Origin: an uncultured bacterium
GTDB taxonomy: Bacteria > Schekmanbacteria > GWA2-38-11 > J061
Reading direction: 5' to 3'
Length of the DNA: 41,263 nt
NCBI GenBank assembly: GCA_964549305.1
Contig: CAZJVM010000020.1
Location: forward strand, 1-41,263
A program made the position numbers and the translations under genes. Within the stretch, counting starts at the first letter, position 1, and each line of letters opens with the position of its first letter. A model generated the notes under the pieces. The model did no database searches and was not told the DNA's origin. It saw nothing but the letters and a program-made list of their open reading frames with translations. Shown piece by piece: positions 1 to 11,206 of this stretch.

Positions 1-55
1 AAGGGAAGGCGGAAGAACAGTAGGCGCAGGCGTTGTAAGTGAAGTTATAAAGTAA
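1..55 (+). CDS. tuf: Elongation factor Tu, 3' end (partial)
   Basis: Frame from nt 2 reads REGGRTVGAGVVSEVIK*, the EF-Tu C-terminal signature; lies directly upstream of rpsJ. Confidence 0.95.
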   Translation, partial: REGGRTVGAGVVSEVIK

Positions 56-82
56 AAACAAGGGAACTAACGAGAAAAATCA

Positions 83-406
83 ATGGCAGAACAACGAATA
101 AGAATAAAGTTAAAAGCTTACGACCACAAACTTCTTGATAAGTCTGCGGAAGAGATAGTCAGCACGGCAATACGTACGGGGGCAAAAGTAGCGGGCCCGA
201 TTCCTCTTCCTACGAGAATTTCAAGATATACTGTGTTGCGGTCACCTCATGTAGACAAAAAATCAAGGGAACAGTTTGAAATAAGAACGCACAAAAGGCT
301 TCTTGACATTCTGCAACCCACACCGCAGACAGTTGATGAATTAATGAAGCTGACACTTTCGGCAGGCGTGAATGTTGATATAAAGCTTCCAAAAATCGGT
401 GCGTAG
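83..406 (+). CDS. rpsJ: 30S ribosomal protein S10
   Basis: [31 protein letters not shown] motifs. Confidence 0.99.
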   Translation: MAEQRIRIKLKAYDHKLLDKSAEEIVSTAIRTGAKVAGPIPLPTRISRYTVLRSPHVDKKSREQFEIRTHKRLLDILQPTPQTVDELMKLTLSAGVNVDIKLPKIGA

Positions 407-439
407 AGGAAAGTTTAAGGCAGGTAGGAAATTAATAAA

Positions 440-1063
440 ATGAAGACAATTATTGGAAAAAAACTCGGTATGACTCAGGTTTTTAACAGCGCGGGAGTGG
501 TTGTGCCGGTAACTGCTATTGAAGCAGGTCCCTGTACAGTTGTTCAGGTAAAAACTGAAGAAAAAGAAGGGTACAGGAGTTTGCAGATAGCTTTTGGCAA
601 AAAGATTAAAAAGCCCGTGAAACCCATAGAAGGTCATTTTAAAAAGGGTAACTGTGAACCTGTGAAGGTTCTCAGAGAAGTAAGAGTTGAAGATACGAAA
701 GATTACAGTGCCGGACAGAAGATTTCCGCTGAAATCTTCAAGGAGGGCGACCTTATAGATGTGGTAGGTACATCGAAAGGTAAGGGGTTTGCCGGTGTCA
801 TAAAGAGACATAATTTTTCCGGCGGTCCTGCTTCTCATGGTTCAAGATTTCACAGGGCTGTTGGTTCAGTGGGATCTCAGAGCCCTTCAAGAACGGTAAA
901 AGGGCGCAAGAATGCCGGACATATGGGCAATGAGCGCGTCACCGTTCAGGGATTGAAGGTTGAATCCGTCAATCCCGAAAAAAATCTTATTTTGGTAAAG
1001 GGAGCGGTACCGGGCCCCAGAGGCGGAATTGTCTTGATACAGGAAGCAGTTAAATCTAAATAG
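440..1063 (+). CDS. rplC: 50S ribosomal protein L3
   Basis: GKKLGMTQVF, SKGKGFAGVIKRH, VKGAVPG; operon position. Confidence 0.99.
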   Translation: MKTIIGKKLGMTQVFNSAGVVVPVTAIEAGPCTVVQVKTEEKEGYRSLQIAFGKKIKKPVKPIEGHFKKGNCEPVKVLREVRVEDTKDYSAGQKISAEIFKEGDLIDVVGTSKGKGFAGVIKRHNFSGGPASHGSRFHRAVGSVGSQSPSRTVKGRKNAGHMGNERVTVQGLKVESVNPEKNLILVKGAVPGPRGGIVLIQEAVKSK

Positions 1064-1077
1064 CGGGTTAGACAGTT

Positions 1078-1710
1078 ATGATTCAGGTAATTAACAGTAA
1101 GAATGAAAAAATTGATGAAGTTAAGCTTCTTGATATTCAGGGAAAAGAAGAAACAAATAAGAAGCAGTTAAAGCTTGTTCAGCAAAGCATAGTTAATAAA
1201 CTTGCCGGCGAAAGAAGCGGAACGGCATATGCAAAACCAAGAGGTGCTGTTTCTTATTCATCAAAGAAAATGTTCAGGCAAAAGGGAACCGGAAGAGCAA
1301 GAGCAGGGTCTAGAAGATCGCCTCTGAGAGTGGGCGGCGGAACGACTTTCGGGCCATTGCCGAGAGATTATTCCTACAATATTCCCAAGAAAATTCGCAA
1401 AGGCGCTCTGAGAAGCGCATTTGAGATTAAACAGAAGGAAGAAAACATTCTTGTTGTTGATGATTTTGGCTTGAAGGAAATTAAGACAAAAGTTATGAGA
1501 ACGGTACTGAAAGATATAGGTGTCGGTAAGTCGGCGCTCATTCTCCTGAACGAGAAAAATGAAATTATCGAAAAATCGGCACGCAATATCAGCGGCGTTA
1601 CCGTAATGAATTTAAAACATCCGAATGCTTATGATGTATTAAGGCACGAGAAGGTGATTTTACTCCAAAAGGATGTTGATGTTTTGAAGGAGGAATTAGC
1701 TTGCAGTTGA
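1078..1710 (+). CDS. rplD: 50S ribosomal protein L4
   Basis: RQKGTGRARAG, GGGTTFGPLPRDY, SARNI. Confidence 0.98.
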   Translation: MIQVINSKNEKIDEVKLLDIQGKEETNKKQLKLVQQSIVNKLAGERSGTAYAKPRGAVSYSSKKMFRQKGTGRARAGSRRSPLRVGGGTTFGPLPRDYSYNIPKKIRKGALRSAFEIKQKEENILVVDDFGLKEIKTKVMRTVLKDIGVGKSALILLNEKNEIIEKSARNISGVTVMNLKHPNAYDVLRHEKVILLQKDVDVLKEELACS

Positions 1711-1994
1711 ATAATTATGAAGTTGTGAAATATCCGATTTTGACGGAAAAGAGCAATTTGCAAAAAGAGACCTGCAATAAAGTTACTTTTCTTGTTCACC
1801 GTAGTGCCAACAAAATTCAGGTGAAAAATGCCGTTGAAGCTATATTCAACGTGTCGGTAAATAAGGTCAATATTCAGTGTCGCAAGGGCAAGAAAAAGAG
1901 ATTCGGCAAATATGAAGGGAAGAGGCCGGATACGAAAAAAGCGGTTGTGACATTGAAGGAAGGCCAGAAAATAGAAATTTTTGAAGGTGTATAG
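1701..1994 (+). CDS. rplW: 50S ribosomal protein L23
   Basis: PILTEKS, ANKIQVKNAVEAIF, KKAVVTL; TTG start 6 nt after AGGAGGA. Confidence 0.97.
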   Translation: MQLNNYEVVKYPILTEKSNLQKETCNKVTFLVHRSANKIQVKNAVEAIFNVSVNKVNIQCRKGKKKRFGKYEGKRPDTKKAVVTLKEGQKIEIFEGV

Positions 1995-2015
1995 AATAAT
2001 CAGAGGACTAAATAA

Positions 2016-2837
2016 ATGCCAGTATTGAAATATAAGCCAACGTCGCCGGGAAGAAGATTTCAGACAAGACTTGTCAATCCCGATATCTCAAAAAAAGCTC
2101 CTGAAAAGTCTCTTCTTGCTCCCTTGAAGAAGACAGGAGGACGCAATAATAACGGAAGAATTACATCGAGGCATATCGGTGGCGGGCACAAAAGAAAATA
2201 CCGCATTATAGATTTCAAGAGGGATAAGACAGGAATAACGGCGAAAGTCACGGCAATAGAATATGACCCTAACAGGACGGCTCTCATAGCACTGCTTTGC
2301 TATAAAGACGGTGAAAAAAGATATATACTTTGCCCCATTGGCGTGAAAGTCGGCGAGGTGCTCAGCAGTGGCCCAAGCGCAGAGATTCGTGACGGAAATG
2401 CAATGCCGATCAAGAGGATTCCTTTAGGTTCGATTATCCACAATATCGAAATGAAGCCGGGTAAGGGCGGTCAGTTGGTGCGCAGTGCAGGTTTGGGAGC
2501 ACAGCTCCTTGCAAAGGACGGCCCCTATGCGCAGATAAAACTTCCTTCAGGCGAAATCAGAATGATAAACAAGGAATGTATGGCAACAATGGGACAAGTA
2601 GGTAATTTTGAACAGGAAAATGTTTCTCTTGGTAAAGCCGGCAGAAACAGATGGTCCGGAAGAAGGCCTCACGTAAGAGGTGTGGCGATGAATCCCGTGG
2701 ATCATCCCCATGGCGGCGGTGAGGGCAGGACATCGGGCGGACGTCATCCCTGTACTCCGTGGGGCAAACCAACAAAGGGTTATAAAACAGCAAAAAATAA
2801 ATCCAGCAAAAAATATATAGTTAAGAGGAGGAAGTAA
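2016..2837 (+). CDS. rplB: 50S ribosomal protein L2
   Basis: [32 protein letters not shown]. Confidence 0.99.
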   Translation: MPVLKYKPTSPGRRFQTRLVNPDISKKAPEKSLLAPLKKTGGRNNNGRITSRHIGGGHKRKYRIIDFKRDKTGITAKVTAIEYDPNRTALIALLCYKDGEKRYILCPIGVKVGEVLSSGPSAEIRDGNAMPIKRIPLGSIIHNIEMKPGKGGQLVRSAGLGAQLLAKDGPYAQIKLPSGEIRMINKECMATMGQVGNFEQENVSLGKAGRNRWSGRRPHVRGVAMNPVDHPHGGGEGRTSGGRHPCTPWGKPTKGYKTAKNKSSKKYIVKRRK

Positions 2838-2844
2838 TAGCGCT

Positions 2845-3141
2845 ATGGCAAGGTCGATTTCAAAGGGTCCGTTTGTTGACGGTCATCTTTTAAAAAAAGT
2901 GGAATCATTATCCGGGTCCAGAGGAGGCAGAGGGGTAGTAAAGACCTGGTCAAGGAGAAGCACTATTATTCCGGAATTTGTGGGATATACGATTGCCGTG
3001 CATAACGGGAAAAAGTTTATTCCGGTATATATCAGTGAAAATATGGTCGGTCACAAGCTTGGGGAATTTGCTCCCACAAGGATATTCCGGGGACACGCGG
3101 GAAAAAAGACCGAGAAAGTTACAAAGGTAGGAAAGAAATAA
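2845..3141 (+). CDS. rpsS: 30S ribosomal protein S19
   Basis: [26 protein letters not shown]. Confidence 0.99.
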   Translation: MARSISKGPFVDGHLLKKVESLSGSRGGRGVVKTWSRRSTIIPEFVGYTIAVHNGKKFIPVYISENMVGHKLGEFAPTRIFRGHAGKKTEKVTKVGKK

Positions 3142-3522
3142 ATGGCAAATAAGAATAATACAATAAGCGGTGAAATAAATTCAAAAGTTCAGGCAAGATT
3201 TGTTCGCATTGCTCCGAGGAAGGTTCGCCTCGTTGCGGATATGGTAAGGGGTAAAATGGTCAACGACGCCCTTTCAGTGTTGGAGTTTTCACCAAAGAAA
3301 TCGGCTGTAACTATGAGGAAACTGTTAAAGTCCGCAGTCGCAAATATTATGAATTCCTCTGAGATTAAAAAAGTTGATATAGACCCTGACAAGCTCTTCA
3401 TCAGGGAGACATTTGTTGATGAAGGTCCCGACATGAAACGGCTTAGCCCGAGAGCTTTCGGTAGGGCGGATATTATAAGAAAAAGAAGCAGTCACATAAC
3501 CATAGTACTTGGTGAAAAATAG
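3142..3522 (+). CDS. rplV: 50S ribosomal protein L22
   Basis: RIAPRKVRLVAD, LKSAVAN, VDEGP, PRAFGRA, SHITIV. Confidence 0.98.
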   Translation: MANKNNTISGEINSKVQARFVRIAPRKVRLVADMVRGKMVNDALSVLEFSPKKSAVTMRKLLKSAVANIMNSSEIKKVDIDPDKLFIRETFVDEGPDMKRLSPRAFGRADIIRKRSSHITIVLGEK

Positions 3523-3536
3523 CAGGAGGATAAAAG

Positions 3537-4199
3537 TTGGGTCAAAAGGTTCATCCTATAGGATTCAGACTGGGAATCAGTAAAGAATGGGATTCCCGCT
3601 GGTATGCTGATAAGGAATACGCGGAAAATGTTCATAAAGATTTGGCAATTCGAAAATTCATCAAAAAAAGGCTGGAAAGAGCCGGTGTTTCAAAGATAGA
3701 AATTGAAAGAGCGTCTGATAATCTCAAGGTGGACATCTATTCTGCAAGACCGGGAATAGTCATAGGAAGAAAAGGGCAGGAAGTTGACAAGCTCAAAAAT
3801 GACCTTAAACGGTTAACGGGAAAAATAGTAACTGTCAATATTCATGAAATAAAGAAGGCGGAGATTGACGCGCAGTTGGTGGCAGAGAATATAGCAATGC
3901 AGATATTAAGGAGAGTCTCATACAGACGCGCAATGAAAAGGAGTATAACTAACGCCCTTCGTTACGGAGCTCAGGGAATAAAAATCTGTTGCGCGGGAAG
4001 ACTCGGAGGCACTGAAATAGCGCGGACCGAATGGTTCAGGGAGGGTAGAGTACCCCTGCATACATTGAAAGCGGATATTGATTACGGATTTGAAGAGGCA
4101 AAAGCATCATACGGAATTATAGGAATTAAAGTGTGGATATATAAAGGTGATGTAGCTAGCAGAAAGAAAATTAATAGATCAGAGAGTGGCAAGAAATAG
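3537..4199 (+). CDS. rpsC: 30S ribosomal protein S3
   Basis: [34 protein letters not shown] start with AGGAGGA. Confidence 0.99.
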   Translation: MGQKVHPIGFRLGISKEWDSRWYADKEYAENVHKDLAIRKFIKKRLERAGVSKIEIERASDNLKVDIYSARPGIVIGRKGQEVDKLKNDLKRLTGKIVTVNIHEIKKAEIDAQLVAENIAMQILRRVSYRRAMKRSITNALRYGAQGIKICCAGRLGGTEIARTEWFREGRVPLHTLKADIDYGFEEAKASYGIIGIKVWIYKGDVASRKKINRSESGKK

Positions 4200-4239
4200 T
4201 TTGCTGAATGATTTTAGAATAAAGCGGAGATAAATTAAG

Positions 4240-4647
4240 ATGTTAATGCCAAAAAAGACAAAATACAGAAAACAGCAAAAGGGAAGGCTGAGAGGAAAAG
4301 CTTCGAGAGGAAGCCATATCAGTTTCGGAGAATTTGGTCTTAAAGCTGTTGAACAGGGGAAAATTACGGCAAGGCAGATTGAGGCAAGCCGAATTGCAAT
4401 AACAAGAACGGTAAAAAGAGGCGGGAAAATCTGGATAAGAATTTTTCCTGATAAACCGGAATCAAAAAAGCCCGCAGAAACGAGAATGGGTAAGGGGAAA
4501 GGCGCGCCCGAATATTGGGTTGCTCCCGTAAAGGCGGGAAAAATACTTTTCGAGATGAGTGGAGTGAATGAAGCAGTTGCCACTAAGGCATTGACGCTTG
4601 CATCTCACAAACTTCCCATTAAAACAAAAGTAGTTTCTCGCGGATGA
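4240..4647 (+). CDS. rplP: 50S ribosomal protein L16
   Basis: [29 protein letters not shown]. Confidence 0.99.
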   Translation: MLMPKKTKYRKQQKGRLRGKASRGSHISFGEFGLKAVEQGKITARQIEASRIAITRTVKRGGKIWIRIFPDKPESKKPAETRMGKGKGAPEYWVAPVKAGKILFEMSGVNEAVATKALTLASHKLPIKTKVVSRG

Positions 4648-4670
4648 TATAAATTCGGAGTATTAACGAT

Positions 4671-4871
4671 ATGAAAGCAAAAGAATTAAGAGAGCTTACT
4701 GACGAAGAATTGGGAAAGAAGGAAACGGACCTCAGAGAGGAGATTTTTAATCTCCGTTTCAGGAACAGTTCGGGGCAGGTGGAATCTCCTTCTAAAATAA
4801 GCCATGCGAAAAAAGATTTGGCAAGAGTAATAACGCTTATCAGGGAAAGGCAGTCAGGAATAAAGAATTAA
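4671..4871 (+). CDS. rpmC: 50S ribosomal protein L29
   Basis: [21 protein letters not shown]; operon position. Confidence 0.97.
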   Translation: MKAKELRELTDEELGKKETDLREEIFNLRFRNSSGQVESPSKISHAKKDLARVITLIRERQSGIKN

Positions 4872-4887
4872 ACTGAGCGGAATAATA

Positions 4888-5139
4888 ATGGGAAAAAGAA
4901 AAGAACTTATAGGTACGGTAGTAAGCAACAATATGGATAAAACAGTTGTTGTCACTGTTGACAGACTGGTTCGTCATCCAAAGTATAACAAAATACACAG
5001 AAGGAGTTCTAAATATAAGGCGCACGATGAGAAAAACGAATGTAAAATCGGAGATCGCGTCAAACTGGTAGAAACAAGACCATTGAGCAAGGATAAAAGG
5101 ACGACAGTCAAGGAAATCCTTGAAAGAGCTGAAGGATAA
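4888..5139 (+). CDS. rpsQ: 30S ribosomal protein S17
   Basis: [32 protein letters not shown]. Confidence 0.98.
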   Translation: MGKRKELIGTVVSNNMDKTVVVTVDRLVRHPKYNKIHRRSSKYKAHDEKNECKIGDRVKLVETRPLSKDKRTTVKEILERAEG

Positions 5140-5190
5140 GCAGTTTAAGACAGAACAGGAACTAATAAAATATCTGCAAGAGAGTAAAAG

Positions 5191-5559
5191 ATGATACAGA
5201 CAGAAAGCAACCTTCGAGTTGCCGATAATTCAGGTGCAAGAAAAATTCAGTGCATATGCGTTTTAGGTGGAACAAGGCGCAGATATGCGAGGATAGGAGA
5301 TATAATCAGGGCTTCCGTCAAAGAAGCAATGCCCAACGGTGCAGTAAAAAAAGGTGAAATCGTGTTTGCTGTCGTAGTAAGGTCGAGGAAAGAGATTGGA
5401 AGACCGGATGGCAGTTATATAAGATTTGATGACAATGCCGCAGTTATTATAAATGCTCAGAAAGAGCCGGTAGGGACAAGAATATTCGGTCCTGTCGCAA
5501 GGGAGTTAAGAAGGAAGAAGTTTATGAAAATTATATCCCTTGCTCCGGAAGTTTTGTAG
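5191..5559 (+). CDS. rplN: 50S ribosomal protein L14
   Basis: [36 protein letters not shown]. Confidence 0.99.
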   Translation: MIQTESNLRVADNSGARKIQCICVLGGTRRRYARIGDIIRASVKEAMPNGAVKKGEIVFAVVVRSRKEIGRPDGSYIRFDDNAAVIINAQKEPVGTRIFGPVARELRRKKFMKIISLAPEVL

Positions 5560-5565
5560 GAGATA

Positions 5566-5907
5566 TTGGTTAGAATGGAAAAAACGATAAGATTATTAAA
5601 AAAGAATGATGTGGTTCAGGTTACTTCCGGAAAAGACAAAGGGAAAAAAGGAAAGATTCTTTCTGTCCTGAAAAAGAAGGAAAGGGTAGTTGTGGAAGGT
5701 GTGAATGTGATGAAGTATCACACACGACCCTCACAGTCACAATCACAGGGTGGTATTATTGAAAAAGAAACGGGAATAAGCTGGTCAAATGTAATGATAT
5801 TCTGCGATAAGTGCCAGGTCCCCGTTAAAATAGGGAAAAAAGTATTGTCTGACGGTTCAAAAGTTCGCTTTTGCAGAAAATGCGGAGAAAGTGTAGAGGG
5901 AAAATAA
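5566..5907 (+). CDS. rplX: 50S ribosomal protein L24 (CxxC...CxxC form; start may be ATG at 5575)
   Basis: KOW-like GKDKGKKG, VVVEGVN, GGIIEKE. Confidence 0.97.
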   Translation: MVRMEKTIRLLKKNDVVQVTSGKDKGKKGKILSVLKKKERVVVEGVNVMKYHTRPSQSQSQGGIIEKETGISWSNVMIFCDKCQVPVKIGKKVLSDGSKVRFCRKCGESVEGK

Positions 5908-6447
5908 ATGGCCAGGATAAAGGATTTTTATAAAAATGAAGTAATTGCCAAACTCAAGGACGAGGGCGGATATAAAAATATTATGGAAGTTCCCAAAATG
6001 GAAAAAATAGTCCTTAATATAGGCGTGGGGGAAGCTATACAGAATTCAAAGGTGTTGGAATCCGCAATGAACGATCTCACGGCAATAAGCGGGCAGAAAC
6101 CGTCAATAAGAAGGGCGAAGAAATCTATTTCAAATTTTAAACTGAGAAGCAAGATGGCAATCGGATGCAAAGTGACTCTCCGGGGGGAAAGGATGTATGA
6201 ATTCTTTGACCGACTGGTGAATGCTGCAATCCCCAGAATAAGAGATTTTCGCGGAGTTTCCGGCAAAGCTTTTGACGGAAGAGGGAATTATACTCTTGGC
6301 ATTAAAGAACAGATTATTTTTCCTGAAATAGTATATGACAAAATAGATAAGCTGAGAGGCATGAATGTTACGATTGTGACAAATGCCAATACAGATAAGG
6401 AGGCAAAGCTTCTCCTTAAACATCTTGGCATGCCTTTTAGAAATTAA
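5908..6447 (+). CDS. rplE: 50S ribosomal protein L5
   Basis: [33 protein letters not shown]. Confidence 0.99.
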   Translation: MARIKDFYKNEVIAKLKDEGGYKNIMEVPKMEKIVLNIGVGEAIQNSKVLESAMNDLTAISGQKPSIRRAKKSISNFKLRSKMAIGCKVTLRGERMYEFFDRLVNAAIPRIRDFRGVSGKAFDGRGNYTLGIKEQIIFPEIVYDKIDKLRGMNVTIVTNANTDKEAKLLLKHLGMPFRN

Positions 6448-6463
6448 TTCAGAGAGAAAGTGA

Positions 6464-6649
6464 ATGGCAAAAAAATCATTAATAAGTAAAGCTAACAGAA
6501 AACCAAAGTTTAAGGTAAGGCAATATAACCGCTGCAGAATTTGCGGAAGACCAAGAGGGTATCTGAGAAAGTTTCAGATGTGTCGTATCTGTTTTCGTAA
6601 GCTAGCCCATGAAGGTCAGTTGCCGGGACTTATGAAGGCCAGCTGGTAG
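6464..6649 (+). CDS. rpsN: 30S ribosomal protein S14, short zinc-binding type Z
   Basis: 61 aa, [10 protein letters not shown]...CRICFR...ASW. Confidence 0.98.
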   Translation: MAKKSLISKANRKPKFKVRQYNRCRICGRPRGYLRKFQMCRICFRKLAHEGQLPGLMKASW

Positions 6650-6689
6650 ATTTAATTAACTTTTATACAAGCAGGAGATTTTTTCGGCT

Positions 6690-7088
6690 ATGATGACAGA
6701 CCGGATTGCTGATTTATTAACGAGAATTCGTAACGGATTAAGGGCGAAACACGAAGGTGTTGAAATTCCTTCTTCTAAGCTGAAGATTTCTATGGTGAAA
6801 ATTCTTCAGGAAGAAGGATATATAGCGGGCTTTTCCGAAGGAAAAGATAAAAATGACCATCCCGTAATTAAAGTGAAACTGAAGTATGACAGCGAAGGAA
6901 ATTCGGTGATAACGGGACTCAGGCGTTTAAGCAAACCGGGAAGACGCTCATATGAGAAATCTTCCACACTGCCCAAAGTCCTTGGCGGTTACGGAGTAAT
7001 TCTTGTTTCCACATCAAAGGGAATAATGACTGATAGAAAATGCAGAGAAGAGAACCTTGGTGGCGAAATTCTTTGTGAAATATGGTAG
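6690..7088 (+). CDS. rpsH: 30S ribosomal protein S8
   Basis: IADLLTRIRN, SKPGRR, STSKGIMT, GGEILC. Confidence 0.99.
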   Translation: MMTDRIADLLTRIRNGLRAKHEGVEIPSSKLKISMVKILQEEGYIAGFSEGKDKNDHPVIKVKLKYDSEGNSVITGLRRLSKPGRRSYEKSSTLPKVLGGYGVILVSTSKGIMTDRKCREENLGGEILCEIW

Positions 7089-7103
7089 GAGGAATTTTAC
7101 AAT

Positions 7104-7643
7104 ATGTCGCGGATAGGTAAAAAACCCATTCTTTGCCCTGAAGGGGTGAATGTTGAAATAAAAAATTCGGGAGTTCACGTTAAGGGACCTCTCGGGAAAC
7201 TTGATATGACCGTTCCGGAAGGAATATCGGTTAAAGCCGAAGCCGGCCAAATCCTTGTCAATATCGAAGACGGCAATATTGAAGGTATAAGCGCAAGACA
7301 GGGACTTGTGAGAAGTCTTGTAAATAATATGGTGATCGGAGTGACAGCGGGTTTTAAGAAAAAGCTTCAGATAGTTGGTGTTGGATATAAGTCACAGGTG
7401 CAGGGGAAGGAACTGGTTCTCAATATTGGCTTTTCGCATCCCATTAATTATCAGATTCCCGAGGGAATTAATATAGAAGTGGATAAGCAGACCGAAATTT
7501 CGGTCATTGGAATTAATAAGGAAGTTGTAGGACAGACTGCAGCTGAAATTCGCGGTTATTATCCGCCGGAACCTTACAAGGGAAAAGGAATAAGATACGA
7601 AGATGAAATTGTAAGGAAGAAAGTTGGAAAAACGGGCGCGTAA
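7104..7643 (+). CDS. rplF: 50S ribosomal protein L6
   Basis: MSRIGKKPI, GFSHP, PPEPYKGKGIRY. Confidence 0.99.
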   Translation: MSRIGKKPILCPEGVNVEIKNSGVHVKGPLGKLDMTVPEGISVKAEAGQILVNIEDGNIEGISARQGLVRSLVNNMVIGVTAGFKKKLQIVGVGYKSQVQGKELVLNIGFSHPINYQIPEGINIEVDKQTEISVIGINKEVVGQTAAEIRGYYPPEPYKGKGIRYEDEIVRKKVGKTGA

Positions 7644-7664
7644 AATTGTCGGAGGAAGATTTCA

Positions 7665-8027
7665 TTGAATTTTGAAAGAAATAAAATCAGAAAGGGAAGG
7701 CATACCAAGATCAGGAAGAAGGTAATTGGTACTCCCGAAAAGCCAAGATTGGTAGTCTACAAAAGCTTAAAGAATATTTATGCCCAGATAGTGGATGATA
7801 CGAGTGCTTCTACATTGGCATCTTCCAGCACAATCGAAAAGGATATCAAAGGAAGTATCGGAAAATCGGCGAACAAAGAGACAGCGAAAACTATAGGAAG
7901 CAGTATAGCGAAGAAAGCGCTTGATAAAAATATAAAGCAGGTAGTATTTGACAGAAACGGTTATCCTTATCACGGCAATATAAAAATTCTTGCCGATGCT
8001 GCCAGAGAAGCAGGACTTGAGTTTTAG
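7665..8027 (+). CDS. rplR: 50S ribosomal protein L18
   Basis: [31 protein letters not shown] start with GGAGGA. Confidence 0.98.
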   Translation: MNFERNKIRKGRHTKIRKKVIGTPEKPRLVVYKSLKNIYAQIVDDTSASTLASSSTIEKDIKGSIGKSANKETAKTIGSSIAKKALDKNIKQVVFDRNGYPYHGNIKILADAAREAGLEF

Positions 8028-8044
8028 AAAAGCGGAGGTTTTTT

Positions 8045-8542
8045 TTGAAAGATATAAACATAGATGAGCTAAATCTGACGGACAAGGTGGTACGCATTAA
8101 CAGAGTTTCAAAAGTTGTAAAAGGCGGAAAGAGATTCAGTTTTTCAGCTCTTGTAGTTGTTGGTGACGGAGAAGGTCACATAGGTTATGGTATGGGAAAA
8201 GCAAACGAAGTTCCCGAATCTATTAGAAAGGGCGCTGAAAAGGCGAAGAAGAACCTTTATAATATTCCCATTGTGAACGGGACTATTCCATATAAGGTAA
8301 TCGGAAACTACAGAAGCAGTAAAGTGCTGCTGAAACCCGCGGCAAAAGGCACGGGCGTAATTGCAGGAGGAGGGGTTAGAGCGGTTCTTGAAAGTCTCGG
8401 TTTGACTGATATTCTCACAAAGAATCTTGGATCTGCAAACGCACATAATACCGTTAAGGCAACCTTTGACGCACTTTCGAAACTTAGAGATCCGGAAGCT
8501 ATAGCATCGTCAAGGGATAAGAGTCTGGAACAAATTGTTTAA
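8045..8542 (+). CDS. rpsE: 30S ribosomal protein S5
   Basis: [35 protein letters not shown] start with GGAGGT. Confidence 0.99.
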   Translation: MKDINIDELNLTDKVVRINRVSKVVKGGKRFSFSALVVVGDGEGHIGYGMGKANEVPESIRKGAEKAKKNLYNIPIVNGTIPYKVIGNYRSSKVLLKPAAKGTGVIAGGGVRAVLESLGLTDILTKNLGSANAHNTVKATFDALSKLRDPEAIASSRDKSLEQIV

Positions 8543-8565
8543 TTTATTTTTATAAAACCGGAAAA

Positions 8566-8751
8566 ATGGCAAAAATTAAAATTACACTTAAAAAAAGCAT
8601 AATCGGCTGTAATAAAAAACAGAGAGCAACAGTAAAGGGATTGGGACTGCGTCGCATCAATCATTCCGTAATCAGAGAGGATATCCCTGTAATCAGGGGT
8701 ATGATTAATAAAATTCCCCATATGTTGACTGTTTCAGGCGCAGAAGAATAA
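8566..8751 (+). CDS. rpmD: 50S ribosomal protein L30
   Basis: [24 protein letters not shown]. Confidence 0.97.
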   Translation: MAKIKITLKKSIIGCNKKQRATVKGLGLRRINHSVIREDIPVIRGMINKIPHMLTVSGAEE

Positions 8752-8781
8752 GAATTATCAAAAGCAAGGAGATTAGTTTAA

Positions 8782-9225
8782 ATGGTACTGTCAAACCTGC
8801 CTTCGGCGCGGGGTGAAAAAAAACGGGTAAAAAGAGTGGGACGAGGTCCCGGATCTGGTCTCGGTAAAACATCGGGACGCGGACATAAGGGGCAAAAAGC
8901 GCGTTCGGGAAGCAAAAGAAGAAGTTGGTTTGAAGGCGGTCAGATGCCGTTACAAAGACGTGTTCCCAAGAGAGGATTTACGAACATTTTCGCGAAAAAG
9001 CCGGCAATTATCAATCTTGCCGAACTTGACAAAATAAGTGGTGAAACAGAGATAACTCCCGAGTTGCTTTATAAGTCGGGTAAAATAAAAAAAATGTCTA
9101 ATGGTGTCAAGGTCCTTGCAGAGGGAAATCTTACGAAAGCCTTAAAAGTATCTGCCCATTATTTTAGCAAAAAAGCCGTGGAAAAAATACAGGAAGCAGG
9201 CGGCGAAGCAATTATACTTAAATAA
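8782..9225 (+). CDS. rplO: 50S ribosomal protein L15
   Basis: RVGRGPGSGLGKTSGRGHKGQKARSG, FEGGQMPLQRRVPKRGF. Confidence 0.99.
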   Translation: MVLSNLPSARGEKKRVKRVGRGPGSGLGKTSGRGHKGQKARSGSKRRSWFEGGQMPLQRRVPKRGFTNIFAKKPAIINLAELDKISGETEITPELLYKSGKIKKMSNGVKVLAEGNLTKALKVSAHYFSKKAVEKIQEAGGEAIILK

Positions 9226-9233
9226 ATTGTCCG

Positions 9234-10547
9234 GTGATTGAAACATTTCAGAACATATTTAAAGTCCCTGAGTTAAAAAAGAGAATCTTATTTACTTTTG
9301 CTCTTCTCGGTGTTTACAGGATAGGAGCGCACATCCCGGTACCGGGAGTGGATGCTCAGGCGTTGTCTGAGTTTTTCAGTTCCGCCCAGGGAAGCATACT
9401 CGGCTTTTTTGATATGTTTTCAGGCGGAGCGCTCAGAAGGCTTACCATTTTTGCTCTTGGTATAATGCCTTATATCAGCGCATCGATTATTTTACAGCTT
9501 TTGACTGTGGTTATTCCTGCCCTTGAAAAACTTTCGAAGGAAGGGGAAACAGGGCGCAAAAAAATAACTCAATATACGAGATACGGGACTGTTATTCTAA
9601 GTATGATTCAGGGAATGGGAATAAGTTACGGACTTGAGCATATGAGAAGCCCTATAGGAAATGCCCAGTTGATTCCCGATCCGGGTTGGTCATTCAGGCT
9701 TCTTGCAATGTTGACGCTTACTGCGGGTACTGCTTTTATCATGTGGCTCGGTGAACAGATTACGGAAAAAGGAATCGGAAACGGTATTTCCCTTATTATA
9801 TTTGCCGGTATAGTAGTAAGAATGCCCGCGGCAATAATGAATTCCATACAATCTGTGAACCGCGGCGACCTTAATGCCATATTTATGACAATCGTTCTTG
9901 TTTTTGTAGTGTTTATAACCGGATTTATTATATTTGTTGAAAAGGGACAGAGAAGAATTCCCGTACAGTACGCAAAAAGGGTTGTGGGAAGAAAAGTTTA
10001 CGGAGGACAGAGCACTCATATTCCTCTGAAGGTAAATACGGCAGGTGTTATTCCTGTTATCTTTGCCTCCTCTATTTTGATGTTTCCCGCAACAATTGCC
10101 GGATTTTATAAAAACTGGTTTACGCAGATTATTACGGAGCTTTTATCACCGGGGTCGCTTCTCTATGAAAGTGTTTATGTGATTATGATTGTTTTCTTCT
10201 GTTATTTTTATACCGCGATTATTTTTAATCCCGTTGATTTGGCGGATAATATGAAAAAATACGGCGGTTTTATTCCCGGAATCAGACCCGGTAAAAGAAC
10301 GTCTGATTATATCGACAGGGTATTGATGAGAATCACATTCGGAGGCGCAATCTATTTGTCTGCAGTTTCGGTGCTACCCAATCTAATGATTGTGTACGGG
10401 CGGGTGCCTTTTTATTTCGGCGGTACTGCGTTGCTGATTGTAGTCGGTGTTGCTCTTGATACGGTATCGCAGATAGAGTCGCATCTGATGACAAGGAATT
10501 ATGAAGGTTTTCTGAAGAAGGGTAAAATGAAGGGGAGGAGAGGTTAA
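9234..10547 (+). CDS. secY: Preprotein translocase subunit SecY
   Basis: IFALGIMPYISASII, WLGEQIT, GIGNGISLIIF, IPGIRPG, FGGTALLIVVGV; multiple TM segments. Confidence 0.99.
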   Translation: MIETFQNIFKVPELKKRILFTFALLGVYRIGAHIPVPGVDAQALSEFFSSAQGSILGFFDMFSGGALRRLTIFALGIMPYISASIILQLLTVVIPALEKLSKEGETGRKKITQYTRYGTVILSMIQGMGISYGLEHMRSPIGNAQLIPDPGWSFRLLAMLTLTAGTAFIMWLGEQITEKGIGNGISLIIFAGIVVRMPAAIMNSIQSVNRGDLNAIFMTIVLVFVVFITGFIIFVEKGQRRIPVQYAKRVVGRKVYGGQSTHIPLKVNTAGVIPVIFASSILMFPATIAGFYKNWFTQIITELLSPGSLLYESVYVIMIVFFCYFYTAIIFNPVDLADNMKKYGGFIPGIRPGKRTSDYIDRVLMRITFGGAIYLSAVSVLPNLMIVYGRVPFYFGGTALLIVVGVALDTVSQIESHLMTRNYEGFLKKGKMKGRRG

Positions 10548-10552
10548 AAGTA

Positions 10553-11206
10553 ATGATTAATCTGATATTTCTCGGACCTCCGGGTGTCGGCAAAGGCACA
10601 CAGGCGAAGATGGTTTCAGAAAAGTATTCCATTCCTCAGATATCAACAGGTGATATGCTCAGGGCGGCGGTAAAAGCCGGTACAGACCTGGGAAAAGAAG
10701 CAAAGAGCTTTATGGACAGCGGTGAATTGGTTCCTGACAGGATTGTAATAGGACTGATTGCCGAGAAAATAGAAAGCGGAGATTGTAAAAGCGGATTTAT
10801 ATTAGACGGATTTCCCCGTACGATTGCGCAGGCAGAGGAACTTGACAAGATTTTGAATGAGAAAAGCATAAACATCCAGAAAGTCATCTCCGTTTCCGCG
10901 CCCGATGAAGAGCTTGTAAAAAGACTTTCGGGCAGAAGAACATGCGGTTCCTGCGGAGAGGTCTTTCATCTTGTTTTTAATCCGCCTGCCCAAATCGATA
11001 AATGTGATAAATGTGATGGCGCGCTTTTCCAAAGAGATGATGACAAGGAAGATACTATTAGGGAAAGACTTCGAGTATATAAAAAACAGACAGAACCTCT
11101 GATTGACTATTATACAAACCAAAGTTTGCTGGGAGAGGTTGACGGTTCGGATGAAATTAATTCTGTATTCTCCCATATATGCACCCTGATAGAGCTCAAA
11201 GGATGA
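10553..11206 (+). CDS. adk: Adenylate kinase with four-Cys LID
   Basis: GPPGVGKGTQA, STGDMLR, LDGFPRT, CGSC...CDKC, QRDDD. Confidence 0.99.
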   Translation: MINLIFLGPPGVGKGTQAKMVSEKYSIPQISTGDMLRAAVKAGTDLGKEAKSFMDSGELVPDRIVIGLIAEKIESGDCKSGFILDGFPRTIAQAEELDKILNEKSINIQKVISVSAPDEELVKRLSGRRTCGSCGEVFHLVFNPPAQIDKCDKCDGALFQRDDDKEDTIRERLRVYKKQTEPLIDYYTNQSLLGEVDGSDEINSVFSHICTLIELKG

